A DNA stretch of 26,798 nt, from the IMG/VR virus record IMGVR_UViG_3300048895_000111, positions 1 to 26,798 of that record; one strand, 5' to 3'. The stretch comes from a virus (lineage: Duplodnaviria; Caudoviricetes). The position numbers were made by a program, and so were the translations under genes. Shown here piece by piece: positions 15,660-24,160 of this stretch. The notes beneath the pieces were generated by a model that saw only the letters and a program-made list of their open reading frames with translations, did no database searches and was not told where the DNA came from. Every line of letters begins with the position of its first letter. Position 1 is the stretch's first letter.

Positions 15660-15690
15660 CCTAGCGGACGTCTGCCATGCTAGGCTAGCC
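15654..15690. promoter_or_regulatory. Palindromic promoter/operator, copy 3 (N13 spacer)
   Basis: Same 12-bp arms; leader hairpin at 15701-15719 and GAGAAAGG. Confidence 0.7.
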
Positions 15691-15737
15691 ATACGGCAAC
15701 GCGGGGGGTGGTCCTCCGCAGAGAGAAAGGTATCGCA

Positions 15738-16043
15738 ATGAGACTGTCAGACTTCCCCGACCAGGGACGCCCCGGCTACGTCGTGGTCAACGCGTCCATG
15801 GCCGAGGACCGCAACCTCCCGGTGAACCTGGGACCGGACGAGTACCTCATCGTCAGGACCTGCACCTTCTGCGGGGAGGGCACCGCCACCGTGGTCCCCG
15901 CGCAGGGACTCTGGGACTGGGAGCACGGCAAGTTCGCGCAGGTCGCGTTCCCCAACCTGACCGCCGGTGAGCGCGAGCAGGTGATGACCGGCACGCACGA
16001 CGCCTGCTACGACAAGTTCATGAAGGACCCCGAAGATGGCTGA
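15738..16043 (+). CDS. Zn-binding hypothetical protein (CTFCG...QVAFPNLTAGERE...TG.H..C)
   Basis: GAGAAAGG RBS before ATG 15738; widespread phage motif. Confidence 0.75.
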   Translation: MRLSDFPDQGRPGYVVVNASMAEDRNLPVNLGPDEYLIVRTCTFCGEGTATVVPAQGLWDWEHGKFAQVAFPNLTAGEREQVMTGTHDACYDKFMKDPEDG

Positions 16044-16194
16044 CAAGAAGGTCCACTACGGGCCGGGCGGTCTCAACCCGCAGGGCACGCTCTGTAGTCC
16101 GTACTTCTCGCACCTGGAGATGACGAAGGTGCGGGCGGACGTGACCTGCGAGAAGTGCAAACTCACCCGCATCTGGAAGGAGCACGATGAGTGA
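16036..16194 (+). CDS. Small Zn-binding protein (VH...LC...VTCEKC)
   Basis: My translation MADKKVHY...VTCEKCK; 8-bp overlaps on both sides. Confidence 0.65.
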   Translation: MADKKVHYGPGGLNPQGTLCSPYFSHLEMTKVRADVTCEKCKLTRIWKEHDE

Positions 16195-16552
16195 CACGAC
16201 TATCCGGTTTGCCGACGTGGCGGACCTGAAGAAAGCGTACGAGGGATCGTACTACTTCATCGCCGGCACGGGGGGAGACCTCGCGGGGTGGACCTCCGGC
16301 TACGAGGAGTTGATGGGGCAGCAGGAGATCGGCAAGCCGACGCAGTGGCTCCAGACGAACGGTGCCACGGTGAACGGCTTCGCGAGCCAGCACCACCACG
16401 GACTGATCACGGACAGGGACCAGTTCCCCGGCGACCTGTCGTGCCTCCTGTTCCCGCTGAACGAACTGCACGTCGGCCGGTTGGCGATGTTCAAGTTGCA
16501 GATGCAGGACCGCTGGTTCGACGACGTGATCCAGAACATGAGGACAGCATGA
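16187..16552 (+). CDS. Hypothetical protein (C-terminal RWFDDVIQN)
   Basis: AAGGAG RBS; good coding signal. Confidence 0.75.
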   Translation: MSDTTIRFADVADLKKAYEGSYYFIAGTGGDLAGWTSGYEELMGQQEIGKPTQWLQTNGATVNGFASQHHHGLITDRDQFPGDLSCLLFPLNELHVGRLAMFKLQMQDRWFDDVIQNMRTA

Positions 16553-17733
16553 GCACCGATCAAGCGCAAGCCGTGTACGCGGCCGAGGACCTCTGGTCCA
16601 GCAAGGAGCCGCAGGCCCGCATCCGCTTCGGCGACTGGAACGAGGTGTGGCCGTTCTACTACACCCTCGCCGAGCGATGCCGCGAGGCCGACATGGGCGA
16701 CGTGAAGGTGCCCAAGGTGAAGGCGCGGAAGGGAGCGCTCCAGGCTCACTACGACACGGCCACCGCCACCGTCTTCATCCCGCCGTACGACAAGGGCGGA
16801 TCGTGGGCGCTGACCGTGGGCACGGCGGTCCACGAGTTCGGGCACCACATCTCACCGGGCGCGGGCCACGGACCCGCGTTCCGGGCTGCGATGGTTGACC
16901 TTGTGTCGGCCCTCGGCTGGGACGGTGACCTACTGGCCGACTGCTACGCGCAGGCCGGTCTGACGACCAGCGACAAGGCCGAGGGAATCACCGACAAGGT
17001 GAGCACGCTGCTCACGCACGCGGACGGCAAGGGCCGCACCGCCGAGGAGAAGAAGACGTTCCTGGAGAAGGCCGAGCGGCTGGCCGCCGAGCACTCCATC
17101 AACCTCGCGCTCGTCCGGAAGAAGGCGGCTGACTCTGGAGGCCACGGCGCGGAGAGTCCCATCACCGGGGAGATGTACTCGCTCATGGCCCTGCCGAGCG
17201 TGACGTTCCGCAACCTCGCGGTGGAGTTGGGCAGCGCCATCTGTCGGGCGCACGGGGCGCAGTGTACGATCCGCGGGAAGTCGCAGTGGCTGACGTTCTA
17301 CGGGTTCCCCGAGGACGTCCACCTGACGGAACTCATGCTGGCCCGCGTCACGCCCATGATGTTCGAGGAGAGCGAACTCTACCTCAGGTCACCCGAGCAC
17401 CGTACCTCCGGGGTGGCAGGGGTCAGCGCACGGATCACGTTCTGCCAGAACTTCGCGATGGAGGTGGGCCGTCGCTTGAGGGAGGCCGTGAGGCAGACCG
17501 AGAAGACGGTGGGGGAGACGCTGGCGATCACCGACGGCACCGTCAGTACGGAACTCGTGCTGCGTGAGAAGGCGATCGAGGTAGCGGACTACGTGGCCTA
17601 CGAGTTCAAGCGGCAGGGCGTGAAGGGATCCTGGAAGGGGAGCAACACGAACTCGTGGAGCCCGGGAGCAGCAGACGCAGGCAAGGAGTCAGCGAAGAGG
17701 GCCAACCTCTACGGACGGAAGGAACTGGGATGA
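16549..17733 (+). CDS. TIGR04338/SprT-like HExxH metallohydrolase fused to a DUF2786 domain
   Basis: VYAAED...VHEFGHH...GHGPAF, then ITDKVSTLL..A....TAEEKKTFLEKAERLAAEHSI. Confidence 0.75.
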   Translation: MSTDQAQAVYAAEDLWSSKEPQARIRFGDWNEVWPFYYTLAERCREADMGDVKVPKVKARKGALQAHYDTATATVFIPPYDKGGSWALTVGTAVHEFGHHISPGAGHGPAFRAAMVDLVSALGWDGDLLADCYAQAGLTTSDKAEGITDKVSTLLTHADGKGRTAEEKKTFLEKAERLAAEHSINLALVRKKAADSGGHGAESPITGEMYSLMALPSVTFRNLAVELGSAICRAHGAQCTIRGKSQWLTFYGFPEDVHLTELMLARVTPMMFEESELYLRSPEHRTSGVAGVSARITFCQNFAMEVGRRLREAVRQTEKTVGETLAITDGTVSTELVLREKAIEVADYVAYEFKRQGVKGSWKGSNTNSWSPGAADAGKESAKRANLYGRKELG

Positions 17734-17936
17734 GCATGGAGCACCTGAGTGACCAGCAGATCGCCCGCGTGGAGGCACTCCACGCATCGCGGGAGGTGGG
17801 GCGCAGGATCCCCAGCGCGTTCGGGGGCACCACCCCGCCGGACACCGCGGACCTCGTGGATCTCGCTGAGTACATCCTCAACGGGACCCACCCGATGGAA
17901 AGATACGGAGATGCGCCCAATGTCCACGATGCCTGA
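17730..17936 (+). CDS. Hypothetical protein (DLVDLAEYILNG)
   Basis: ATGA overlap. Confidence 0.65.
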   Translation: MSMEHLSDQQIARVEALHASREVGRRIPSAFGGTTPPDTADLVDLAEYILNGTHPMERYGDAPNVHDA

Positions 17937-18330
17937 GGAACTCCGGGGACGGCAGACGGGCGGGGAGGAGGCTCGGTTCACGTGGGCGTTCAACGAGTGC
18001 CTCCGCCTCTACCCGGACGAGGCACCCACGCCCACCCGGATCAACATCCTGCTGGAGAAGCCGCCGCCCCTGAACATCCTGACGGGACGCAAGTCCGTGC
18101 TCCGTCGCCGGCTCCTGGTCGAGGCGGGCTTCGTGCAGGAGAACAAGTGGGGACGGTGGCGCAAGCCTCCTAACCTCTACCGTCTCCAGACCGAGGACGG
18201 GGAGTCGTACAGCCCGAGCACTCGGGACAAGGTCAACGCTCTCATCGAGAGTGGGGGTGCCGAATGGGTCGGCACCGATTTCAACGAAGAGGTGGGCGCG
18301 TATGTCCACTATGCAGATAGGATCAAATGA
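17920..18330 (+). CDS. Hypothetical protein
   Basis: GGAG RBS before ATG 17920; start uncertain (17911, 17920 or 17929). Confidence 0.6.
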   Translation: MSTMPEELRGRQTGGEEARFTWAFNECLRLYPDEAPTPTRINILLEKPPPLNILTGRKSVLRRRLLVEAGFVQENKWGRWRKPPNLYRLQTEDGESYSPSTRDKVNALIESGGAEWVGTDFNEEVGAYVHYADRIK

Positions 18331-18632
18331 TGGCGAGCCGGAAGAGAAAGCCGCGCTACACACCGAGGAACCACCCGTGGCAACCGACCGATGACCAACT
18401 CCTGTGCCGAGACCTCCAGCACTCGTGGGCTCCGCACACCGCGCACCGCGAAGACGACGGGTTCGTCCGCACGCTGGTCTGTGTCCGCTGCGGTGGCCTG
18501 AAGCATCAGACCCTGGACTCGAGCGGGTACATCATGCGGACCAGCATGGTCTACCCGGTGGGGTACGTCCGGCCGGGCGAGGGACGCATGACCCGCGACG
18601 AGCGGGCCAGCCTGAGGGTGAGGAACCTGTGA
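18327..18632 (+). CDS. Zn-binding hypothetical protein (CRDLQHSW...CVRCG...YPVGY)
   Basis: Recurring actinophage motif; coupled overlaps. Confidence 0.75.
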   Translation: MMASRKRKPRYTPRNHPWQPTDDQLLCRDLQHSWAPHTAHREDDGFVRTLVCVRCGGLKHQTLDSSGYIMRTSMVYPVGYVRPGEGRMTRDERASLRVRNL

Positions 18633-18787
18633 TGACGTGTCCACACTGCGGCCAGGACGAGGTGGTCACGGTCGACACGGACTGCCCCAACCCGGAAGAG
18701 CCCGGCGAGACGCTGGCGTTCGGGGTGTGCCGGAACTGCGACTACGGGATCAACGAGCACACCGAGGGGGTGTGTGACTGTGCGTAG
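18632..18787 (+). CDS. Small zinc-ribbon protein (CPHCG...CRNC)
   Basis: TGATG coupling. Confidence 0.65.
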   Translation: MTCPHCGQDEVVTVDTDCPNPEEPGETLAFGVCRNCDYGINEHTEGVCDCA

Positions 18788-19058
18788 GGTGAGCATCGTG
18801 ATCATGTGCGACGCCTGCGGCGAAGAGGTCGAGGAGGAGAACGAAGGCGACAGTGTCCTCCGGTTCACCGTGCGCGGCGAAGAGAGGGAGATGGACATCT
18901 GTGGCGAGTGCCTCGGCGGTACGTTCTTGCAGGAGGCCCGCCCCGTGAACAACCGGCGCAGGCGGAAGAAGGCCACCGGGTTCTCCTGCGAGAAGTGTGG
19001 AAAGGACTACGTGCGAGAGCGTAACCGAGACAAGCATCAGGAGACCTGCGAGGGATGA
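18774..19058 (+). CDS. Lsr2-dimerisation-like domain with CxxC pairs plus C-terminal zinc finger
   Basis: RRVSIVIMCDACG...VLRFTVRGEEREMDIC parallels Lsr2 KVxVxLxDDxDG...VxFxxDGxxYEIDL; C-terminal FSCEKCGK...H...C. Start 18774 or 18780. Confidence 0.6.
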   Translation: MTVRRVSIVIMCDACGEEVEEENEGDSVLRFTVRGEEREMDICGECLGGTFLQEARPVNNRRRRKKATGFSCEKCGKDYVRERNRDKHQETCEG

Positions 19059-20491
19059 GGGAGTACACGAGCGCAGTGAGAGAGCCACTGATCGATCCCC
19101 TGGATGCGTTGCAACTCGCGCTGGACGTTGCCGCCGTTCCGCACCACCCGCTGGACGAGCGGCTGCACGACTACCAGAAGGACTCGGTGGCCCATCTCCA
19201 CGCACACCCTCGGGCGGGGTTGTTCCTGGTCCCCGGTCTCGGCAAGACGGCGATCGTCCTGTCTGCTCTGACGGAGGTCCATCTGCCTGCGCTGGTCATC
19301 GCGCCGAAGCGGGTGACCGAAGAGGTGTGGCCCGAGGAGATCGCCAAGTGGAGACCCGACCTCACCTACTCGCTGGTGCGCGGCAACCCCGAGCAGCGGA
19401 AGCAGCGACTCACCGAGGACACCGACCTAATCACACGGGACACCTTCGGCGGTGACCTCGTCAGCCGGAAGACGTCGAGGTACAACACCATCATCATCGA
19501 CGAGTTGTCGGGCTTCAAGAACCGGGCGTCGCAGCGGTGGAAGCACGCGAACCGGCTGACGAAGAACATGCCCTACGTCTGGGGCCTGACCGGCACGCCC
19601 ACGCCGAACAGCCTGCTCGACCTCTGGCCTCAGGTGTATCTCCTGGACAGGGGCGCACGGCTCGAGCGCACGCTCACCGCGTACCGGACGAAGTACTTCG
19701 CGCCGGGTGGGCGTCTGCCCAACGGGATCATCACCAACTGGACGCTCCGGCCTCACGCCGAGGGCATCATCCAGAACGTGATCAAGGATCTGTGCCTGTC
19801 GATCGACCAGAGCCACGCGACGTACCCCGTGAAGAACGACGTGTACCACCGCTTCGATCTGCCGACGAAGGCACGCAAGGCGTACGACGACATGAACCGG
19901 CACTTCGTCGCTGAGGTGGGGGAGACCCTCGCCAGCGTGGAGCACGCCGCCGCGAAGACGAACAAGTTGAGCCAGATCGCCAGCGGCTTCATGTATCACA
20001 GCGGACTGGTGGGTGCGGAGGAGTCGGACGAAGGCGACATCACACACCACCACATGATCCGCATGGAGATGCTCCAGGAGATCCTGGCCGACGCGCAGGG
20101 TGCGCCCGCTCTAGTGTTCTATCGCTTCAACGAGGACCGGCGCAGGCTGCTCCACCTAGACGGGGCGGTGGACATCAAGACGCCACACGCCATGGATCGC
20201 TGGAACCGGGGCAACATCCCCATCCTCATCGCGCACCCCGCGAGCGCAGGCCACGGGCTCAACCTTCAACGGGGCGGTAGCCTACTCATCTGGTACGCGA
20301 TGGACTGGTCCAGCGAACTCTACACCCAAGGGATCGGTCGTCTGGTGCGGCAGGGTCAGCCGTCTCCTGCCGTTGCTGTCCACCACATCATCGCACGCGA
20401 TACGGTGGACGAGCAGGTGCTGGATGTGGTGCAGGGTAGGATCACCAGGCAGGACGCGCTGCTCAAGGTGTTGGAACGAGGGAAGCGGTGA
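19055..20491 (+). CDS. SNF2-family (SF2) DNA helicase
   Basis: LHDYQ, GLGKT, IIIDELS, GLTGTP, HPASAGHGLNLQ, QGIGRLVRQGQ. Confidence 0.92.
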   Translation: MREYTSAVREPLIDPLDALQLALDVAAVPHHPLDERLHDYQKDSVAHLHAHPRAGLFLVPGLGKTAIVLSALTEVHLPALVIAPKRVTEEVWPEEIAKWRPDLTYSLVRGNPEQRKQRLTEDTDLITRDTFGGDLVSRKTSRYNTIIIDELSGFKNRASQRWKHANRLTKNMPYVWGLTGTPTPNSLLDLWPQVYLLDRGARLERTLTAYRTKYFAPGGRLPNGIITNWTLRPHAEGIIQNVIKDLCLSIDQSHATYPVKNDVYHRFDLPTKARKAYDDMNRHFVAEVGETLASVEHAAAKTNKLSQIASGFMYHSGLVGAEESDEGDITHHHMIRMEMLQEILADAQGAPALVFYRFNEDRRRLLHLDGAVDIKTPHAMDRWNRGNIPILIAHPASAGHGLNLQRGGSLLIWYAMDWSSELYTQGIGRLVRQGQPSPAVAVHHIIARDTVDEQVLDVVQGRITRQDALLKVLERGKR

Positions 20492-20494
20492 GCG

Positions 20495-20701
20495 TTGGAC
20501 AGGGAACTCGCCCTCCTGCTGGACGATGGTACGATCGTCCGGGACGCGGGGTGGCGATGCGTCGCCGACGTACACGGTTCCTTCCATGGGTTCCTCCCCC
20601 GTGGAGGCCAAGCGTACGGCGTGATCGTGGACGCGGAGACACTTGTCCAGGTGTATCCGAAGCCCAACGAGGTGACCGCTAGCCGTAGCGGGATAGACTA
20701 G
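20495..20701 (+). CDS. Hypothetical protein
   Basis: TTG start just after the helicase stop; fills the gap; weak RBS. Confidence 0.5.
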   Translation: MDRELALLLDDGTIVRDAGWRCVADVHGSFHGFLPRGGQAYGVIVDAETLVQVYPKPNEVTASRSGID

Positions 20702-20763
20702 CCGCACGTTAGGCTAGGTAGTAGGCAACGCGTCGGGGAAATCCCCCGGCGGGTCAGAGAAAG
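20686..20763 (+). promoter_or_regulatory. Promoter-family copy (CCGCACGTTAGGCT...TAGGCAAC, leader hairpin, GAGAAAGG)
   Basis: TAGGCT at 20710-20715; same downstream module as the other copies; weak -35. Confidence 0.6.
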
Positions 20764-20772
20764 GTACGAACT

Positions 20773-20991
20773 ATGATCATCGCACTTATCCTTCTGGTGG
20801 GGGCGCTCTGCCTCATCTCCGGCTGGGCCGCACGTCAGATGCAGGCCGACCGAGAGAACACTGCCACCATCGAGCAGCAGCGGCTCGACCTCGAGAGGTT
20901 GACCCGTGAGAACGAGAGCCTGCGCCGCGACGTGGCAGACCACACGGGCAACCTCGAGATGGTGCTCTCCGAACTTGACACTTCTGCCTAA
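20773..20991 (+). CDS. Membrane-anchored coiled-coil protein
   Basis: Hydrophobic N-terminus then heptad-like region; GAGAAAGG RBS. Confidence 0.75.
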   Translation: MIIALILLVGALCLISGWAARQMQADRENTATIEQQRLDLERLTRENESLRRDVADHTGNLEMVLSELDTSA

Positions 20992-21019
20992 CCATCACTA
21001 CCCCCCAAGGAGCAGCGCA

Positions 21020-21430
21020 GTGACGTCGATGACCGACGAAGAATGGAAAGGCGTGCAGGAAGCGCTCGTGGTGGGAGGTCTCTACGAGTGCATCAATAAC
21101 CTCCTCGCCAACCGTTTCCGACAGCGGTGCCCCGTGTCCATCAGCGACCGGAACCGCCGGATCGTCGAACAGGCGTACGACGACGGCGAGGGTGAGACCG
21201 TTACCCTCGTGCCCACCGACGACTGCCCGTGGTTCGCGGGCGTGTGGGAGGGACACGAGGTGATGCAGGGCGTGGAGCACAACGGCACGCTCTACTCCAT
21301 CACCGCACTCAGCGGCGGGGGCCTTGTCGCGGTGATCGTGGGGCGCGGCCTCATCGAGAACGAGATAGGGGTCGCGTTCCCCGACTTCGACACTGCGAAG
21401 GTGTACGTCAAGGGCCTGACGGCCCCGTGA
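21020..21430 (+). CDS. Hypothetical protein
   Basis: AAGGAG RBS before GTG 21020; TGATG coupling to the primase gene. Confidence 0.65.
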   Translation: MTSMTDEEWKGVQEALVVGGLYECINNLLANRFRQRCPVSISDRNRRIVEQAYDDGEGETVTLVPTDDCPWFAGVWEGHEVMQGVEHNGTLYSITALSGGGLVAVIVGRGLIENEIGVAFPDFDTAKVYVKGLTAP

Positions 21431-23694
21431 TGTCGATGCCCGCACCCGTACCAGATGCGCCGACCCTCTGCTGGTCGACGGGGCGCTCAAGGACGACCGC
21501 GACTTGGTCACCGATCCATGACCAGTCGTGGTCGTCCTTCGTTCGGTGGCTGAAACCCGACCAGCCAGCGGGGAGCAAGGAGGTTCGCCCCTACGTTGGC
21601 GGCACTCTCCAGCATGGACGGCGCACCATCCGCACGGTGGAGCAGCGGTTCTTCCTGACACTGGACGCGGACTACGCCGACGCGTTCTTCCCGACCGACG
21701 TGGGACTCGAGTTTCTCGGCGTGCCCTACCTGATCCACACGACGTGGAGGCACACCGCCGAGGCGCACCGCTACCGGCTGATCATCCCCTTGTCCAGAGG
21801 TGTCGAACCCAACGAGTACAAGGAACTCTCCTGGACAGTGATGAACCTACTGGACGGAGATAGGTTCGACAAGACCACCGCGCAGGCGGAGCGGTTCATG
21901 TGGAGTCCGTCCAGCGCAGACCCGGAGACGTACTACTGGACGTCGGCCAACGCTGGCAGCCCGTACCTACCCGCGGATGCATGGCTAGACGGGCACCACG
22001 GCCCCTCTGACGCTCCCGCAGCGGGTGGGCAGGGTACAGGCACCCCGGCCAATCCCGCGACGTCTGAGAGGGCGCACACGGCTCCGGCTACCGCCGAGGA
22101 CAAGGAGCGGGCGCTCGAGATCCTGGCTCAAGCCTGCGACAGCGTGGAGCACGTCTACGAGCGGGACGAGTTTCAAGGCAGGAACGAAGCGGTCTTCCAC
22201 TGGATGCCCCTGCTCTTCCGGTTCGCCGGGGCAGGGGCGTTGGACGAGGACACGGTGATGGATGCGTTGTGGACCGCCGCCCAGCGAGTGTCCGCTGACG
22301 AACCGTACGAGCAGTCGGAGTTCAACGCCAGTGTGAAGTCCGCCCGACAGTACGCCGAAGAGTCCGGCCCCGCCTTGCCCGAGACGACGCCGACGAAGAT
22401 GGCGCAGGCTGACTTCGAGGATATAGATCTCGAGGTTGACATCTGGGACAAGACCGATCGCCTCCAGCACATCAAGCAAGCGGCTGAGAGTTTGAACCGG
22501 AACCCGCTTGCGCTGCTAGCGGTGACCATCGCTCGCGTGCTCCACGAGGTACACCCGTCAATCCGTCTTCCCGGCATAGATGACGGGTACATCGGGGACA
22601 GGGCTGCACTCAACCTCGGGGTGGCGTTGATCGGGTCGAGCGGACAGGGCAAGACCATGATCACCACGATGAGTATGAGACTCCTGGGCCGCAAACAACA
22701 CGACAACCACCCGTCCACCGGACAAGGGTTGATCCAGACGTACTTGAAGTGGGACATTGATAGCCAGAAGAACGTGCTGATCGACGACCCACGGGCACTT
22801 TTCTACGTGGACGAGATCGACACGCTTGGGGCGCTCGGAAAGGACACCGGGAGCACCTTGCTCAGCGAGATGCGGACGTTGCTGACGGGCGGGGCTACGG
22901 GGACCAACAACGCCACGGCTGTCCGGCAGCGATCATTGCCCGCTGGGTCGTACAACTTCCAGATCGTGGCGGGTGTGCAGCCCCGGAGGGCGGGTGTCCT
23001 GCTTGACGGACGTGACTCGGGCACCCCGCAGCGGTTCATCTGGGTGCCGGTCACTGACCCGAAGAACGCATTGAAGGACCGCAGAGACCGCCCTGAGTGG
23101 CCGGGACCTCTTGACTGGGACAATGAGTTTCTGGCGGTGTTCGACTTCGAGATGGACCCGATTGTCCGATACCCCAAGTGGCTGCTGGAAGAACTCCTGG
23201 ACTACGACATCAAGGTCGCACAGGAGGGTACGGATGGCGGGGAGATGAGTAGACACGGTCACCAGAACCTGCTCCGCCTCAAGGTGGCGGCAGGCATCGC
23301 GTTCCTCCACGAGTCTACTGTCATTGAAGACCTGCACGTCGAGATCGCAGACATGATCATCACGGTGTCCAGACGTATGCAGACGGTGTGTGAGCGGGCT
23401 GTGAGCGAAGCCGCACACGAGAAGAAGAAGGCGTCAAAGAAGAGCGACGAGCAGGTGAGCGAAGAAATCCGCGATGAACGGGCGGCGAAACTGGTGGGGA
23501 ACGCTCGTGGCAAACTCCTTCGGGAGAAAGGCGAATGGGTCAACTGGCATGGTCTCCGCCCGGCACACCGTGATCGCGAGGCATACGAGGAGGCAGTGTG
23601 GGACGCGCTCGTTACGATGGAGGATGTCGAGTGCGAAGAGAAACCGTTCGGTGGCGGTGTTCGCAGAAGGGCAAGGATCACAAGTGAGCAGTGA
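21430..23694 (+). CDS. Primase-helicase (AEP-like primase N-terminus plus P-loop ATPase)
   Basis: LTLDADY...HTTWRHT...RYRLIIPLSR (prim-pol-like); Walker A GSSGQGKT; Walker B FYVDEID. Confidence 0.85.
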   Translation: MSMPAPVPDAPTLCWSTGRSRTTATWSPIHDQSWSSFVRWLKPDQPAGSKEVRPYVGGTLQHGRRTIRTVEQRFFLTLDADYADAFFPTDVGLEFLGVPYLIHTTWRHTAEAHRYRLIIPLSRGVEPNEYKELSWTVMNLLDGDRFDKTTAQAERFMWSPSSADPETYYWTSANAGSPYLPADAWLDGHHGPSDAPAAGGQGTGTPANPATSERAHTAPATAEDKERALEILAQACDSVEHVYERDEFQGRNEAVFHWMPLLFRFAGAGALDEDTVMDALWTAAQRVSADEPYEQSEFNASVKSARQYAEESGPALPETTPTKMAQADFEDIDLEVDIWDKTDRLQHIKQAAESLNRNPLALLAVTIARVLHEVHPSIRLPGIDDGYIGDRAALNLGVALIGSSGQGKTMITTMSMRLLGRKQHDNHPSTGQGLIQTYLKWDIDSQKNVLIDDPRALFYVDEIDTLGALGKDTGSTLLSEMRTLLTGGATGTNNATAVRQRSLPAGSYNFQIVAGVQPRRAGVLLDGRDSGTPQRFIWVPVTDPKNALKDRRDRPEWPGPLDWDNEFLAVFDFEMDPIVRYPKWLLEELLDYDIKVAQEGTDGGEMSRHGHQNLLRLKVAAGIAFLHESTVIEDLHVEIADMIITVSRRMQTVCERAVSEAAHEKKKASKKSDEQVSEEIRDERAAKLVGNARGKLLREKGEWVNWHGLRPAHRDREAYEEAVWDALVTMEDVECEEKPFGGGVRRRARITSEQ

Positions 23695-24160
23695 CAGGCT
23701 GGAGTTCGTTGCGGAGTTGACCCTGCTGGGGTTCAGCCCCGGTAAGATCGCGGAGAGGCTAGGCGTCAGCGAGCGGGTCGTCAAGAGCGATCTCGAGCAG
23801 GTCCGCATCAAGTGGCAGGAGAACCGCCAGAAGTCCTACACGCAGTTCATCGAAGAGGAGTTGGCGACCCAGCGGATGCTGATGCAGGCGTTGGAGGTGG
23901 GCATCTCGCAGGGGTCGTGGAAGCACGTTGAGACGGCCCTCAAGATCACCGAGCGCCGTGCCCGCGTGATCGGCCTGGACCACACCGACCGCATGGAGCA
24001 GGCGCGGGTAGAGATCGAGGCGCGGCAACTCGACATGATCAGCCACGCACTCGAACGTGTGATGGACGTGCTGGGGCTGAACGACGAGCAGCGAGAACTA
24101 GCCACGAGCACATTGATTCTAGAACTAGAGGAAGGCGACATTGAGATCATCGAAGAGTGA
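23684..24160 (+). CDS. HTH DNA-binding protein (possible terminase small subunit)
   Basis: GFSPGKIAERLGVSERVVKSDL HTH, then KITERRARVIGLD. Confidence 0.7.
   Translation: MSSDRLEFVAELTLLGFSPGKIAERLGVSERVVKSDLEQVRIKWQENRQKSYTQFIEEELATQRMLMQALEVGISQGSWKHVETALKITERRARVIGLDHTDRMEQARVEIEARQLDMISHALERVMDVLGLNDEQRELATSTLILELEEGDIEIIEE

Noticed and set aside
13991-15690. Palindromic repeats (or the 8659-9190 repeats) as a CRISPR array linked to the Cas4-like gene
   Set aside because: Spacing is irregular and the intervals contain genes; DUF2800/Cas4-like exonucleases are ordinary phage recombination proteins.
20488-20682. Alternative GTGA-coupled ORF after the helicase
   Set aside because: Arg/Pro/Trp-rich translation with atypical codon pattern; frame 20495-20701 looks more protein-like.
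20975-21005. Perfect TTGACA -35 upstream of gene 21020
   Set aside because: No acceptable -10 at 16-18 bp (CTACCC/TACCCC) and it lies within a coding region.
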